NCBI RefSeq assembly: GCF_009914755.1
Contig: NC_060932.1
Origin: the human T2T-CHM13v2.0 reference genome, Homo sapiens
Length of the DNA: 64,000 bases
Direction: 5' to 3' (one strand)
Under the pieces are notes generated by a model, which was not told where the DNA came from, made no database searches, and saw only the letters and a program-made list of their open reading frames with translations. Shown in pieces: positions 35,918 through 50,374 of the stretch; positions within the stretch are counted from its first letter, which is position 1, and the number at the start of each line of letters is the position of its first letter. Position numbers and translations under genes: made by a program.

Positions 35918-36939
35918 ACAATGAGAACACTTGGACACAGGAAGGGGAACATCACACACCGGGGCCTGTTGTGGAGTGCGGGGAGTGGGGAGGGATAGCA
36001 TTAGGAGATACACCTAATGTAAATGATGAGTCAATGGGTGCAGCACTCCAACATGGCACATGTATACACATGTAACAAACCTGCACGTTGTGCACATGTA
36101 CCCTAGAACTTAAAGTATAATAAAAGAAAAAAAGAGCTGCATGAGAAGAGTGCCCCTCATCCCACAGGGTCATGAAGAAGAGCCCTAGCTGAAACTCTTC
36201 TCCCCAGTGTCCCTCTCCTTCTAATCCTTCTCCATTCTTCTCCTGAGTCTAGCCTTCTGCTGAAGAGCCCTTAACAGAGATCACTACCCTATGATCCTGC
36301 ACATCCACATCTGCAACTTTAATGTTCCTTGAAAAGGGTTTACATAGGATTGAATGGAGGGAGGGTTACTATTGTTTTTACTTCTTCTCTAAGCCATGTC
36401 TCCTCTCTCACACACCAGATTTTAGTGGCTTGACTTCTGTGAACACAATTTTCTGTCAGACACTTATTTTGTTGATTTAGTTCTGTTGGTAAACATTGGA
36501 GCACAGTCTTACAGTCATCCCCCCGCAGCTAGAACTGTGAGCTACTAGGAGCTAAAAATAAGAGGGTCTCCTAGGCATTTAAACAAATATTGCCGTTCAA
36601 CAGAGTCTCTTTCTTTATTCTAAGAATTAAAAAATAAGGTCCAGACATTTTTTTTCACATAGTTAAGTATAATCTAGCTAAAAATAGTGCCATGTTTTAA
36701 TATCTGTAACCTAGAATTCTTATCCAAGCAAAAACATTTTCACTTCTTATACCCCCATTGTGGTAAACCTTGCTTAAGGAGATTAATTCATAGATATGTA
36801 AGTATTTAGTTTTAAATGTGAATCTCCCTAAAGAAAAACATGTTTTCATTGGCTGATAAAATTCTCTCATCTCCTCCATTACTTTGCTGTCTCCAATGTA
36901 AGTCCTTTTTTAGGAAAAATGGGATGACAGCTGGCATTA

Positions 36940-37160
36940 TTTGGTCTCTGTTATGTGCATGGCTGACTGATAAGCAATTTACACACATTCTCCTCTTCAG
37001 GTCTTATGAGGAACATATGTCTCTCTTAGGGAGACATATTATCTCCATTTTTCTAAGAAGAAAACAGACTTGGGGGATTAAGTAACATTTCAAAGACAAT
37101 ATAGAAAAGTGTCATTGCTGGAATTTGAGCTATGGTCAGTCTGACTTTAAAGCTCTACTT
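36940..37160 (-). mobile_element. MIR
   Basis: ATTATCTCCATTTT...GAAAACAGAC...ATTAAGTAAC...AGTCTGACTTTAAAGC core. Confidence 0.65.
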
Positions 37161-37916
37161 CTAGATTTGTAAAATTTAATCTGTCCTTGACACAAGCAGT
37201 TAATAGAAGACTTTTCCTCTAGCACTGGCAGAGGAAAGGATTAGAATAATGACATAACTTTCTACAATATGTAAGACCATGTACACCCAACATCACATCA
37301 ACGATCATACAATTGAAAATGTGGTTTAATCGTATCCGTAGATATGTTTTGTCATAGGTGAGACCCACACTTCAATAGCAACAATAAAAAATGAATTAGT
37401 ATTTAGATTATAAATTCTAGCACAAACACCATATCTGCTTTAACATTCATTGAATTTATTGAAATAAAACCAGTCATATAAAATGACTTAATGATGATCT
37501 TAAGGAATGTCCTGTAGTTCTCAGTGTATGTTTAGGACTTCCTGGTTTCCCACTCTTACCGTAGACCAGGGGATTACAGCCTGTGCCTGTTCCCTTCAGG
37601 ACCCAGCAGGTGGATGTTGCATGTTACCCTCTCTTATCTTGTAAGTTACTTGCCAATCAAGAAGTTGAACAATCGCCTATGTTCTTCATATAAGACAGCA
37701 GAACATTCCAGGCCTCTCTTGGTTCAAAAACTTCTCAGTATTGGCCTAGAGGCTTTGACATCTCTGCCTCACTTGGAATTTGCAGTGGCTCAAAGTCATA
37801 GCTTTAGGGATGCAAGAACGTAAGCTTCACCTCGAACATAAACTTCACCTCCAACTTTTGACTCCGTTTATATTTGTCAACTATTTGTTTCTGGCCTGCT
37901 TCTTCTCTGTCTTGAT

Positions 37917-38148
37917 TTTTTTTTTGACTGTGCAATTTATTTACTTTAATTCTGCTTTTTTTAAATTATACTCTATGTTCTAGGGTATATGCACAACGTG
38001 CAGGTTTGTTACATATATATACATGTGCCATGTTGGTGTGCTGCACCCATTAACTCGTCATTTACATTAGGTATATCTCCTAATGCTATCCCTCCCCCCT
38101 CCCCCCACCCCACGACAGGCCCCGGTGTGTGATGTTCCCCTTCCTGTG
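37917..38148 (-). mobile_element. Short L1PA 3' end with a probable 3' transduction
   Basis: About 190 bp of L1 3'UTR; TSD TCTTGATTTT at 37910-37919 and 38152-38161. Confidence 0.85.
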
Positions 38149-38319
38149 ACATCTTGATTTTGGTGCCAAATTAGTCCTTCACAAGAACCAGTGTAAAAGT
38201 AGGCCTTGCTGTTTATTCTAAGTTTTTCTTAAATCTTCTGATTTTCTTCCTAGGTATGTCTGCATAAGCTTAACTATAATCAGTCCCTTTTTAGATCTAA
38301 ATTTTATTGGTGCTCCTAG

Positions 38320-38720
38320 TATGTTATCAGGAGAATAGGTTTTGCTGCACATCATAAAAATCTGGATTCCAACAGGCTTAAACTATCCATTATTCCACAT
38401 AGCAAGAGGTCCAGAGACAAGGCAGCCTTCAAGTTCGGTTGACTTGGTGATGTCATCAAGGATTCAGGATCATTTCACCTCTTCTCATCCATTCTTAGTT
38501 TAGGCTCCATTCTCAGGCTGGTAGAAATACAGCTGCAGCAGTTCTAGTTTTCTCATTCTGACACAGTATCTAGAAGGGAAGAGACCATCCTTTCCTTGAG
38601 GTCTCTCTTTGAGCCAAGGAAATGTTTCCTGAAGGTCCCTGCAGACTTCCTCTCATGTCTCATTGGTCATATGCCCATGCTTGAACCCCTCACTGGCAAG
38701 AGGGATGGATCTGCAATGAT
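38320..38720 (-). mobile_element. Old MLT1 (J/K/L-like) LTR
   Basis: GATGTCATCAAGGA and CAGACTTCCTCTCATGTCTCATTGG motifs. Confidence 0.6.
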
Positions 38721-39842
38721 GGCCTCAGGTCAGTCACCTGGGTAGAATGAATGTCAGGGAATCAGCCACAATATTCATATGTAGTGAATTTCTTCCAAAT
38801 TTGTTTAAATAGTGATGATGGTGGCATACTATCTGGTTGTGTGCATAGTGCCATGACATTAGTATGTTGCAAACAAAGAAATATTTTACATGGTATAGTA
38901 TGCTCCAGATTCTTGGGTGCAGAACTAAAAAGTATATTTGATGCAATGTTCCTGTTACATTTGCAAGACCTACTACATGCTGGAGTTCTCTGATACAATG
39001 CTAATAAACTTATCCAAAGCTAAAATTTGAATGAATTGTATTATCTACTTTATCCTTGTAGAATAAGAATGCATCCTTTAAATATTAGTTGTAATAGGAA
39101 TGTTAAGTGATGCTTTTCACTGTTGCTTAATTTTAGCAGAGGCCACAGGGGCTGAAAAAGAAAAATCAGAGAAATCGGTCTGGCCATGCAGGATATGCTA
39201 AGAGACTGTGATTCTGTTTTTGCCAGCATTAATAGATCGTTCTCCTCCATATCACCAAAAAGAAGAAAGTTAAAGGCACCAGTAGATTACTTTGCTGAAG
39301 GTTGTCACTGAGTGTGTGTTCCTTTCCTTTGCTATGGGTGAGTGGAGATGGGTGTACTGCAAGAGAGGGAAGCTGCAAGAGCACCACTCACAGAGCTTGG
39401 CATATGCCCGTAAGTATTTGGAGGAGGTAGCGACCGGTATTTGATGCCTACCTGAAAATGTCTAATGGGGAAGGGCTTGCCAACCACTCTGAAGGCAGAG
39501 CAAGGAGAGCTTACTACACAGTCAGAGGAAGCTGCTTTCCTACCAAAAGCAAGGACAAAGTATGTTTCCCATGATGACCAAAACCCACAGGAGGATGGTG
39601 GTCATGAGTCTTCTTAACAGTGATGTGAGTAAGAAGAAAACAAGGAAATTGGAGTGTGGTGGAAGCCAAAGAAAGAATGGGCAGCAATTACAAACGTTTA
39701 TTAGATATCAAATGCCCATTGGATTTGGTGTGAAGTTCATTGGTACCTTTGGTGGTGAAGGAGCAAGCCAGGCTGTAGCAGACTGCATTTTCACAGTGAT
39801 CAGTTGTAAGTTTAGTGAAAAGGAATCGAGGGAATTTCCATC

Positions 39843-41050
39843 TGTATTCATTATTTGTTGCTTCATAACAAGATCCCCCTTACCCTCAAAACCTAACAGC
39901 TTAACACAGCACACATTCATTATTTCACAGTACATGTGGGTCCGGAATTTAACACACATGGGTCCCCTGCTTTAGGGCTTCTCTGAAGGCAACAATCAAG
40001 GTGCCAATCAAAAGTGGAGTCTCATCCAAACACGTGACTAGGAAGGAGCTGCTTTCAGGGACATGGGATCCTTGGCAGAATTTAGTTTCCACAGGACTGT
40101 TGGACCGAGGGCCTCAGTTCCTAGCCAGCTGTTGGCAAGAGTCTACCATTAGTTCCTTGCCACATGGGCCCCTCTAATATGGTGACATATTAGTTTTATA
40201 TCACCGGATAACAAATTACCAGTTTTAGAAACTTGACGGAATCCAGAGGGGCTTGACTAAGTTCTGTGAATCTCATAAAGCTGAAGTCAAGGTATCAGTC
40301 ATGATGGGTTCTTTTCTGTAAGATCTGGGAGAAAATCCACTTCCAAGCTCACTCAGGCTGTTGGAAGCATCTGATCCCTTGTGGCTGTAGACCCTAGATC
40401 TCTGTTTCCTTGCTGGCTGTCAGTTAGGGCCTGCTCTTTGCTCCTAGAAGCTGCCTGCATTCTTCATCATGTGGTCACCACCACCTACAAAGCCAGCAAT
40501 GGGGTGTTGAATCCTCATGCTTTAAATCTCTTACTTCCCTTATTGCCACCAGCCAAAGAAAACTATTTGTTTTGAAGGACTTGTGTGATTAGAATAAGCA
40601 CACCCAAATAGTCTCCTATCTTAAGGTCAACTGTGCCATGTAACATAACATAACAATGAGAGTGATATCTTATCAGGTCCGTAGGTTCTGGGGATTCGAG
40701 TACAACATCTTGGGGTAGGGCAGGTTAGAAATTCTGCCTATTGCAGGCAGTTTGATTTATCAAAGTGTGGTGGCTCAGAAAGAAATGCAGCCTCCCAGCA
40801 AGATGCACAAGTGGTCAGCAGGGTCAGAGTGGTGTGTAACCTACTCGTGGAAGTGGCATCCATTACCTTTGCCATATTCTATTGGGAGAAGCAAATCACA
40901 AGACCTTGCTCAAGGTATGGGGCCTCCACTAGGGTATGGATCTGCAATGATGGCCTCAGGTCAGTCCACACCTGGGTGGAGTGAATGTCAGTGAATGAGC
41001 CACAATATGCATAGCAGGCAGTGGTGGTCACTGGGGTCCATCTCACCATG
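39843..41050 (-). mobile_element. Nested MLT1 LTRs (host at 39843-40185 and 40746-41050; insert at about 40186-40745)
   Basis: Two sets of MLT1 motifs: AACAGCTTAACACAGCACACATTCATTATTTCACAG and AAAATCCACTTCCAAGCTCACTCAGGCTGTTGG. Confidence 0.65.
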
Positions 41051-41724
41051 CCCTGCTTGCCATATCTTCCAATGTTTCTATTTTCTCCTAGGAGTAGGAG
41101 GCCTAGAGTGAGTAGGAGTTGCTAGGGAAAAAAGTTTTGGGTCAAGTGGGGAAGTTTCCAAATAGAGTTGAGAACAAGGAAACACACAAATTAGGGAAAC
41201 ACAGAATTATCGCTGGATAGAACAGGATAATCCCTTAAGGTAAAAGGTTAGGAATTTAGCTATTAAAAGACTCACAAAATGCTTCTAGTTTTCAAAATTC
41301 CCAGTCTAATTTGTGTGGCATATATAGATACTACATGGCATTTCTAGATTCATAAATGGTCCAAAGGACTTTGACTAGCTTAACTATAGCAAATGTACCA
41401 TTCTTTGTGAGACTATCTGATGGGCAGCCATGGCCCCACGGAGATTTTCTACCCCAAATCCCACAAATTCCCACTCACATACATATTTATTTTAGGTGAC
41501 AATAACCAAAAAGTTGGTCAATATAATGGTATAATTAAAATGTAAAATTATTGTTAAGTTAGGCAAAGTCTAACTGATTTCAAAGTTTCTTCAGGATTCT
41601 CCAACCTTGCACAATTTGAACAACTGTGCAGTGAATCAAACTACTGACAGAAACTAGCATACAATAAGCAATTACAAAGTCTGCAGTAGTATAACTCAGG
41701 CATAATACTGGGCAGCACAATATT

Positions 41725-41850
41725 GTTCTGACCTTAAACAAATTACTTAACCTCTCTGAGCCTTAGTTTTTTTCATCTTCAAAAATTAGAGCAATAATAT
41801 CTCTTTCAGTGAATTAAATGAAACAACACAAGTAATTAAAACAATGTAAG
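41725..41850 (+). mobile_element. MIR fragment
   Basis: GACCTT...TTACTTAACCTCTCTGAGCCTTAGTTT core. Confidence 0.7.
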
Positions 41851-43379
41851 GAATACATGGTATTATTTATCCTAAATAAATTTTTCCATTTCATTGTTCA
41901 ATTTACTCCAAAAAGAATTATTAGTCCAAATGTTGTCATTCCAATCTAAATTGTTGTAAAATCAAGTAAATGTCTAAAGTCTATTCTAAGATGCTACAAA
42001 AACTTAAAGCAACATTTTATATTTCCTTTTTTCTCATTGGGAGGGGAGTCTAAAAACAATGCAACCCCCTTTTCAGTAATAGACAATTTCTCCTAATTTT
42101 ATATTTGTTCAAAAGAGTAATTTACAATCACTTACTGTGTTCTAATGTTGGCAAAGACCCTATTATTTCTCTAATGGAATTGACCTATAAATTTTCATAC
42201 TTCAAAAGCCTTAGTAAATAAATATTAATCAGAGGATCTCACAAAAACTGTGACTGAAAAATGTACATATGAGTTCAACCAAGAAAGAAATGAGTATAAT
42301 AACAATGCCACTCAATTTTAATATTGGAGAACAAAAAAGATGAATAGCTAATTTATGACAAATGAGAATTTACTCATTGCCAAAATACAATGGATCATTT
42401 GTTGCAGACTCAAAAAGGTAAGATAGTAATGGAATTTCATAATATTGGCTTTTCCAGTAGGCTTTTTTTGTTGTTGTTCATATAAAACTTGAATTTTTCA
42501 ACTTAATTAAACTGGAATTTAGAAAGTAGTGAAGTATATTTTAATTTACTATCTGTTTTTCATAAATTGACCCATCACTGACAATCAAAGAATATATGCA
42601 TATAGACATTACTGTCATTCTTATATCACAAGCCACATTTACTGATTAATTTGAATGACTTAATATGGTGCATATATGAAATTAAAGGCTGGAGTGATCA
42701 TTTAAAATTTCCAATCACTTTTGACAGCTTGATTCTACCCTGCTTAGTAAGTAATATTTGATGTAATTGAATTCTCACATTATAACCTATTTGGGCCTAT
42801 TAGAACCATTGAATATGACATGTAACTATTAATGCCAAGAACAGGCACAAAATCACACACATGTGCACTTGCACATGCACACACACACACCTCCTCCCCT
42901 AGGAATACTCCTTAGCTATGTTATGTACATGTTCATTGGCTATATAATGCTCATTCATTAATGCAACGAGCAAACAAAATTGAGCCCTACATCATTGTGT
43001 CAGGAATTGGTCTATAGATAAAATATTAAACAAGACATAGTCACTACCCTCAAAAAGCTCACGCATCAGTCAGAGAATAAAATAGGCAATTATAATTCCC
43101 TGTCATAGAGGTACAAACAATAGAAGTATCATAAGATCATATAAAAGGCCAACTTCTATTCTCTTACCACAATCAGTAGGCTACTTCCAGGTGGGTAACC
43201 TTGACCATGTGAACATAAAAAAATATGGATGACTTTTTACATCAAAATAGATGCCTTTAGAATCTTCATTCATGGATCTAGTCAATCCATGAATCCTACT
43301 AACTATGGGTTTCTTTACTTTGAGTTAAAACACATTAAAAAATATTTATCTAGTTTGCTAAAATACTAAAACTAAAGCC

Positions 43380-43577
43380 ATTTTGGTCTGATATTAATAT
43401 ACTCCAGCTCTCTTATGGTTGTTGTTCATGGTATATCATTTTCTATTCTTTTACGTTCAATCTGTATCTTTGAATCTAAACTCTGTCTCCTGTAGACAGC
43501 ATATAGTTGGATCACGTTTTTAACAATCTAACCTGATCATCTGTCTTTTGATTTTTTGTATAATCCATTCACCCCAA

Positions 43578-43612
<35 letters not shown>

Positions 43613-45610
43613 AGATGATGTCTCCATCTGTCACTCAGGCTGTAATTCAGTGGCATATTCTTGGCTCACTGCAACCTCTGCCTTCCGAGCTCAATCTATC
43701 CTCCCACCTCACCTTCTTAAATAGCTGGAAATACAGGCGGGTACCACCAAGGCCAGCTACATTTTCGACTTTTAGTAGAGATGGGGTTTCACCATGTTGC
43801 CCAGGCTGCTCTCAAACTCCAGGGATCAAGCAATCCACCCACCTTGGCCTCAGAAAGTGTTGGGATTACAGATGTGAGCCACCATGCCCGGCCAGTGCAG
43901 TCACTTTTAATGTTAGTAGTGATATGGCTGGATTTATATCTGCCATTTTGCTTTTTCTGTGCTTAATGTCCCATTGCTTCTTTTATTCCTCTGTTCCCCA
44001 TTTATTATCTTCTTTTGTTTTATGTAGATATGTTCTAATGCAACCTTTTTATTTCTTTAATACATTTAATTATATTTTTCAAAATATTTTCTTAGTGATT
44101 GTTCTAGTGCTTACAGTATACATCTCGACTATACTATTAATACATTCCATTTCAGGTTTATGCTAACCAAAACCTAAAAATTAAGTGAAATATAAGAACT
44201 TTACTCCATATGGCTTCATCCCTTCCCTCCCTTTTTGTGTTATTATTTATTTTTTGTGTTACTATATATCTATGTATTCTAGAAATTAGTATCACATTGT
44301 TATAATTTTGTTCTACAAATTTATGTCTTTTTACAGAAGCAGAGAGAAGGAAAATAAGTATGTATTTATAGATTTTTTACTTTAACCTTTTAATTTACCT
44401 TCTCTGGTTCTCTTCATTTCTTCCTGATAATTGAACTTACCATTTGTTATCCTTACATTATTTTAATGCAGCTTTGTGTCTATCTGCCTCCACTATGCTA
44501 TTTTTGTCACATGTATTACAAAATTCTGTATTTTCTAAGCCCAACAACACAACTAAAATCTATATATGTATACACATACAGAAATACATAGATATATATT
44601 TGCGTTTATGCAATTACTTTTAAAATCAGTTAAGAGAAGAAATGAGAAAAAATATGCAATTAAACTGTTTTTTGTAATTACATACCTAATTACCTGTATG
44701 AGAACTTTAGTATTTCTCATAAGGGATATCTGCTAGCAACAAATTCTCTCAGGTTTTGTTTATCTGGAAAGCTTTTATTTTGCCTTCATTTTTGAATAAT
44801 AGCCCTTTTTCTGGCTATAAGATTCTTGGTTGAGAGGATTTTTTTTGTTTGATTTTTTTTTTCACTTTGAACACTTTGAATATGCCATTACATTGCCTTT
44901 TGGACTCCATTACTTCTCATATGAAATTATCTGTAATCTTATTGAGGTTCCCTTGTGTTTGTTTAATTATTTTTCTCTTATTGCTTTAAGATTTCTTCTT
45001 TCAACATTTTTTACCATGATACATATGACTGTAGTTCTCTTTGCATTTGTTCTACTTGGACTTTATTGGATAGGTAGATTAATGTTTTTCAAGAAATTTG
45101 GAGACCTTTTAGACATTATTTCTCCTAATTTTTTTTCTGCCTCTTTTTCATCTCCTTCTACAACTCTAAATATATGTATATTGGTGTGTTTAAAGGTATT
45201 TCACATTTCTCTGAAGCGCTATTCATTTTCTTATTTTTCTCTTTTTTCTTTAGATTGTATGATCTCTATTGATCTATCTTCCGTTTCACTGATTCTTTTT
45301 TCATTTTATTGTACTTTTCAACTTTAGAACTTTCATTTGGTTATTTTAATAATTTCTATATTTTCACTGATATTTTCTGTTTGATGAGACCTTGTCATCA
45401 TATGCTCCTTTAATTCTTTAGACATGGTTTGCATAAGTTCTTTAAACTTTGTAATAGTTGCTTTGAAGTCTTTGTAAGTTCAACATCTTGACTTTTTCAA
45501 AAGCAATTTCTATTGCTCGCTTCTTTATCTTGAGTGTAGGTCATGCTTTCCTAGTTCTTTGAATACCATGTAATGTTTTATTGAAAAAAAAAATTGGTTT
45601 TTTAGGTAAT
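43380..45610 (-). mobile_element. Ancient L1M fragment (ORF1/ORF2 region)
   Basis: T-rich degenerate L1 motifs TCTGATATTAATATACTCCAGCT and CTGCTAGCAACAAATTCTCTCAG. Confidence 0.7.
43579..43893 (-). mobile_element. AluJ-like
   Basis: Diverged antisense Alu with a long poly-T. Confidence 0.9.
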
Positions 45611-45929
45611 ACCTGATCTATGCACTTTTTCCTCCCTGAGCTATCATTTAATTTTAAATCCTATAAATATTTTACAAAATAATTCATATGATAAATGTTA
45701 CTAACCCAATTTATAAAATTTTGAAATCCTCTCATTTTCTAGTATATTCTTAGATATAGTACAGTGTCAAATACATAACAGGAACTAAATAGTATTTGTG
45801 AATACATAAATTTTATGCAATGGATAGAAGATAGGAAAGGCTGTGGCATAGCTGGTGGTGGCAAGCAAAGCTAGAGGACTTCAGTAGGATTCCCACCAAG
45901 GTAACCAGCTGGTTTCCTTTATATGGCCC

Positions 45930-46800
45930 TTGCTCCATCACATATTCTCAACACAGCAGCCTTTAACAACTTTAACAAAGACATCTTTAACAAAGACTAT
46001 CGGTCACTTGTCTGTTCAGAATCCTCCAGTGGCTTCCCATCACCCTCAGAGTGCAAGGCTTCCATTGCATCTCTGCCTTATCTCCTGCTACTCTTCCCAC
46101 CTTAGTCTATTCTGCCACCCTGGCCTCCTTTCAAGGTATTCTCCCTGCCTCTCTCATTTGCATCTTAGATTATGTCTGCTTAGAACGTTCTTCCCTAATA
46201 AATTCACATGATTCTTTCTCCTACGTCCCTCCAATCTTTCCTCAGATGTCACTTTATCCACCAAGATTTCTTAGCCTCTCCTTCCTGTTGTGTTTTTCTC
46301 CTTGGGATTTATCATTATCTAATTACTACATAATTTACTTTCTTACCTCACTGATTTTCCTTCTCCTCTACTAGAATGTGAGTTCTGTGAAGGTAGGCTT
46401 TGCTTCTTTTGTTCCTGTTATATCCCCAGTTCATTGAAGAGTATCTGGCACATAGTTAACAATTCAACAATATGTGTAAAATGTATAAAATAAATAAACA
46501 AACATGGCAGTATGAATGGCTAATAAACAATACTTCATTCATTCTACTAGTATGTATTGAGTACCAATGATATGCCAGGAACTCTTTTGGGCACTGAAGA
46601 CACATTGGAAACCCAGACATATGAAATCCCCCTCCTCATGCAGCTGCGGGGAACAACTAAAGGAAGAACATAATTTTTGTTGTTTAAATATATTATGAAG
46701 AAACCTATGGCAGGGTAAAATGCAAAAAATATGAGAAGATAAACACTGGTGACAAGGAGTTTAGTTTAGGGAATATCTCTGTATGGAGGTGACATTTGTT
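45930..46800. mobile_element. Two L2 3' fragments, tail to tail (+ to about 46500, then -)
   Basis: CCTCCAGTGGCTTCCCAT and CTAGAATGTGAGTTC...TGGCACATAGT, followed by TTCATTCATTC...TATTGAGTACC. Confidence 0.65.
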
Positions 46801-47561
46801 GATCACGATGATGGTGATGGTAATTAATGATAGTGAAGAAGATGATAATGATCACTGTAACAATGAGGAGGAAGACAGTGATAATAGAGGTGGCCAAAAA
46901 TTAAGCAGAAGGTTGTGGGTACTAGCTGTAGTTTTGTAAAATTTTCACTATGTAGTGCTGATTCCCCAGAACAAGTTGTCTGTTGTATCTAATTTGTTAA
47001 ATGCTTAAATGAGAGATTGTGTCAAAATGTGAGAATAGCACCATTAGTACCCTTCCTGATTCTGTTACGTCTTGTTCTTTCCCAAATTGCTTGTTTACTC
47101 TTTTTAAAAAAAATCTCGTATACTTTCTAGGAAGGATAACAATGTATTTTAAATGAGGCCATAACCATCACTACTCCTTATTGCATAGAAAATTACATAA
47201 TACTCAAGAGATGTCAACAAAAATTTTTCATTTTAATGAAGACTTTGACCTAAAGTAAATTGCATATGTCTAAGCTCATTTCAAAAATCAATTAAATCTT
47301 CCAGCAGGAGACCAGCCAAAGAAGTTCCAAGAAATGATTTGCCTGGACAATGACATTACTATTTCTTCATCTGAGTAGTAAATCATGTTCCTAGCCTCAC
47401 CACCCTGTCACCTCAACTCCCCAAAAAGGCTTTAGTAGTGCAAGTCCTTTCCAGTATAATCCTGACACTTCCAGGCATAGAGCACAGTATATATCTGAAG
47501 TCAGCAATCCTCTTACTTGTCTCAATAGTAACATAACTTTTTATTCTATTGTAATTCATTT

Positions 47562-47712
47562 TATATATATATATATATATATATAGTATGTTAGCCACCA
47601 AGATTTTTATTTATTTTATTTTTATTTTTATTTATTTATTTTGAGACAGAGTCTTACTCTGTTGCCCAGGTGGGAGTGCAGTGGTGCAATCACAGCTCAC
47701 TGTATCCTTAAA
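47562..47712 (-). repeat. (TA)n microsatellite followed by a truncated Alu 3' fragment
   Basis: TA run at 47562-47585; (TTTTA)n then GAGACAGAGTCTTACTCTGTTGCCCAGG. Confidence 0.8.
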
Positions 47713-48292
47713 CCCCATATAAAAGAATTTTGTTTTCTATTCACTTTTATATGTCTAGATATCTGAAGATAACAAGTACATGATCAAAAAATAATTAAGC
47801 AGCAGGACAGTCCCCAGGTGGCAAGAGATTATTTCAATTATTTAAAAACAAAATATGTGAACTTGGCAAATATTGCACAGCTAATGCAAAAGAAAAGATA
47901 TGAAATGAAAGTGGTATCCTTCTTAAAATGCAAACTATAAAATACATTCCAATGTATTCCCATTTGTTTATTATAACTTAATATCTTTAAATTTTAATCT
48001 TTGTGCTCTCCTTTTCCATACCATCTTAAAAGTTACCTCTTCCATCAGCAGTCAGAAGCATGCAATTGCCTCGAAAATTCACAGAATTTTTATAGATAAC
48101 TGAAAAAAGGAGCCAATGTTTGTTTGTTTGTTTAAATAAACTTATATGTTAAGTCAGGGGTTGATATCCTACTTTTGAAAAGACAAAAATGCTTAAAATT
48201 CTATCATCATAAATTCTATTTGTCTTACAGGTATCGATTGCCAAAACAGAACACTACTAAGCTAGTTACGGGATTTGTATAAAAATAATTTT

Positions 48293-48451
48293 CTTTTTGC
48301 TTTTTTTATTTTTTAATTTTATTATTATTATACTTTAAGTTTTAGGGTGCATGTGCACAACGTGCAGGTTTGTTACATATGTATACATGTGCCATGTTGG
48401 TGTGCTGCACCCGTTAACTTGTCATTTAGCATTAGGTATATCTCCTAATGC
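48293..48451 (-). mobile_element. Very short young L1 3' end (L1PA2/3-like)
   Basis: GTCATTTAGCATTAGG; perfect 15-bp TSD TATAAAAATAATTTT at 48278-48292 and 48452-48466. Confidence 0.9.
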
Positions 48452-50374
48452 TATAAAAATAATTTTTTAATGTTAGCATTTTTTATTACATATATATGCA
48501 TCCATAAAAGCAATATATAGTACTGTTTTACATGCATTTAAGTTTGGTATAAATTGTATAAACATCACATATATCATGCTGTGAGTTGCTTTTTAAAAAA
48601 TTCAACATTATGTTTTAAGAATAGCTAGGTTGATATGATTAGATAAAGTTTGTCCATTTTTAACTGCTCTGTGGAGTACCCTTATGTGAATATTTCACAA
48701 TCTAATTTATCCACTCTTTTATTGGTATACATTTAGATTGGTTTCAATTGTTTGTTATCACAAGCATCACTACAATAAACATTCTTGTACACATCTTTTT
48801 ACGCTAGTTTATATAAATCATTATAGAATAAATACCTAGATATGGAATTTCTAGGTCACATAAAATGCCCGAATTCATATTTACTAAATAATATCAAATT
48901 TTTATCCAACATTGTTGTACACAATTTACCTTCTCAACAGCACCGTAGGAGAATTTCCATTTCCCTACATCCTTACCAATAGTTGGTATTGTCAGATACT
49001 TGACAATATGAGGATAGAAATTTCATTTACTATATTTGCATTTGTTCCTGAGAATAATTTATTCATATTCCCTTATTACATTTTAATTCATATTTATTAC
49101 TGTGAATAATTATCTCTTTATGAACTTATTGACTTCTGAGGTTTTCCTTTCTCTCTTATGACTTTCCTGTTCATGCCTTTGCTATTTTTTGACTTGGACT
49201 TTTAGTGTTTATTAATTTGTAGAAATGTTTACCCCTGCGTAGACTAACACATAGTAGTTGTTAGTTGAAAACTGACAAAATCTTGCTAATAACTTCTCCA
49301 AGTCCATGTCTTATTGTTTGTAGATATTTTTTGTGGTGTCTTTATCATGTAGAAGATTTTTAGTTTTGCTGTAGTCAAATTTATCACACTTTATTTTTTA
49401 GGGCTTGAGATCTTATAACTGGTTCAATAAATCCTTGATTATGCTGTAAAAGACTAAATTTTCAATTGTTTTCTTAGAAAAGTTACAAAGTTTTATGTCT
49501 TATATTATGATCTATCTACCTGGAATTTATTTTGCTCTAAACTATGGTTCTAATTTTACTTTGACTCTATGTGGAAAGCTAATTGCCCTTGTACTGTTTA
49601 TTAAATAGTCTCTCTTTTCTGCGTTTATTTAAAATGGCATCTTTGGTAATGTCAAGTTTTTATAATTCTGATTCAAGGTTATCGATTCTCTCTTTTATCA
49701 ATAACATATGATCTTACATATTATACTGTTATTTTAAGGCTTGATATTGGGTCTTGGTACTTTACTATTTTTCTTCAAAAATTATTTTTTATTATTGCAC
49801 ATAAAGAGTAAAAGCTCTGGCTGGTCAATTTCAATGAAAATCTTATTGAGACTTAAATTGAAATTGTAACAAATATGTAGCTAGGCTTTTGGGTAGAAGT
49901 ACAGATTCTTCTTTACTAGTGAGTCTTCTCTTCAATAAATATTTATTTAGGATTTCTTTCATCTTCTTTTTAAAAACAAAACTCCTAAGCTTTTTTTCTT
50001 AGAAGTTTACTTACATTTGGTTAGAATTATTCAAAGGGTTCCTGGAGTTTTTCTTGTGATTGTGGAAGTATCTTTAATTTAATAACCTTTTATGGTTGCT
50101 AAAGCTTTTTTTCTGGGTATACTAACAAATTTGTAGGTTGATAATTTAATTTGCTGAATTTTAGAATCTTTCTAATATTTATCTGTAAATGTTCTTAGAT
50201 TTTCTAATCATATTGTCATTTTATCTCTTTATTTATGTTTATAACTTTTTGTTTATTTTCTTTATTACATTGTCCAGAGCTCATGGACAATGTTGAATAA
50301 TAGGGGTGACAACAGGCATCCTTGGCTTCTTCCAGATTTTAATGGGAATATTTCTAGTGTTCTATCACTAGAGA

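Noticed and set aside
42400-42425. Donor-like AAG/GTAAGA
   Set aside because: An isolated motif with no supporting exon evidence.
43615-45327. 183-aa and 165-aa hydrophobic ORFs
   Set aside because: They are translations of antisense Alu and T-rich L1 sequence.
48210-48280. Splice-acceptor-like TTTGTCTTACAG
   Set aside because: No convincing donor or reading frame follows before the L1 insertion.
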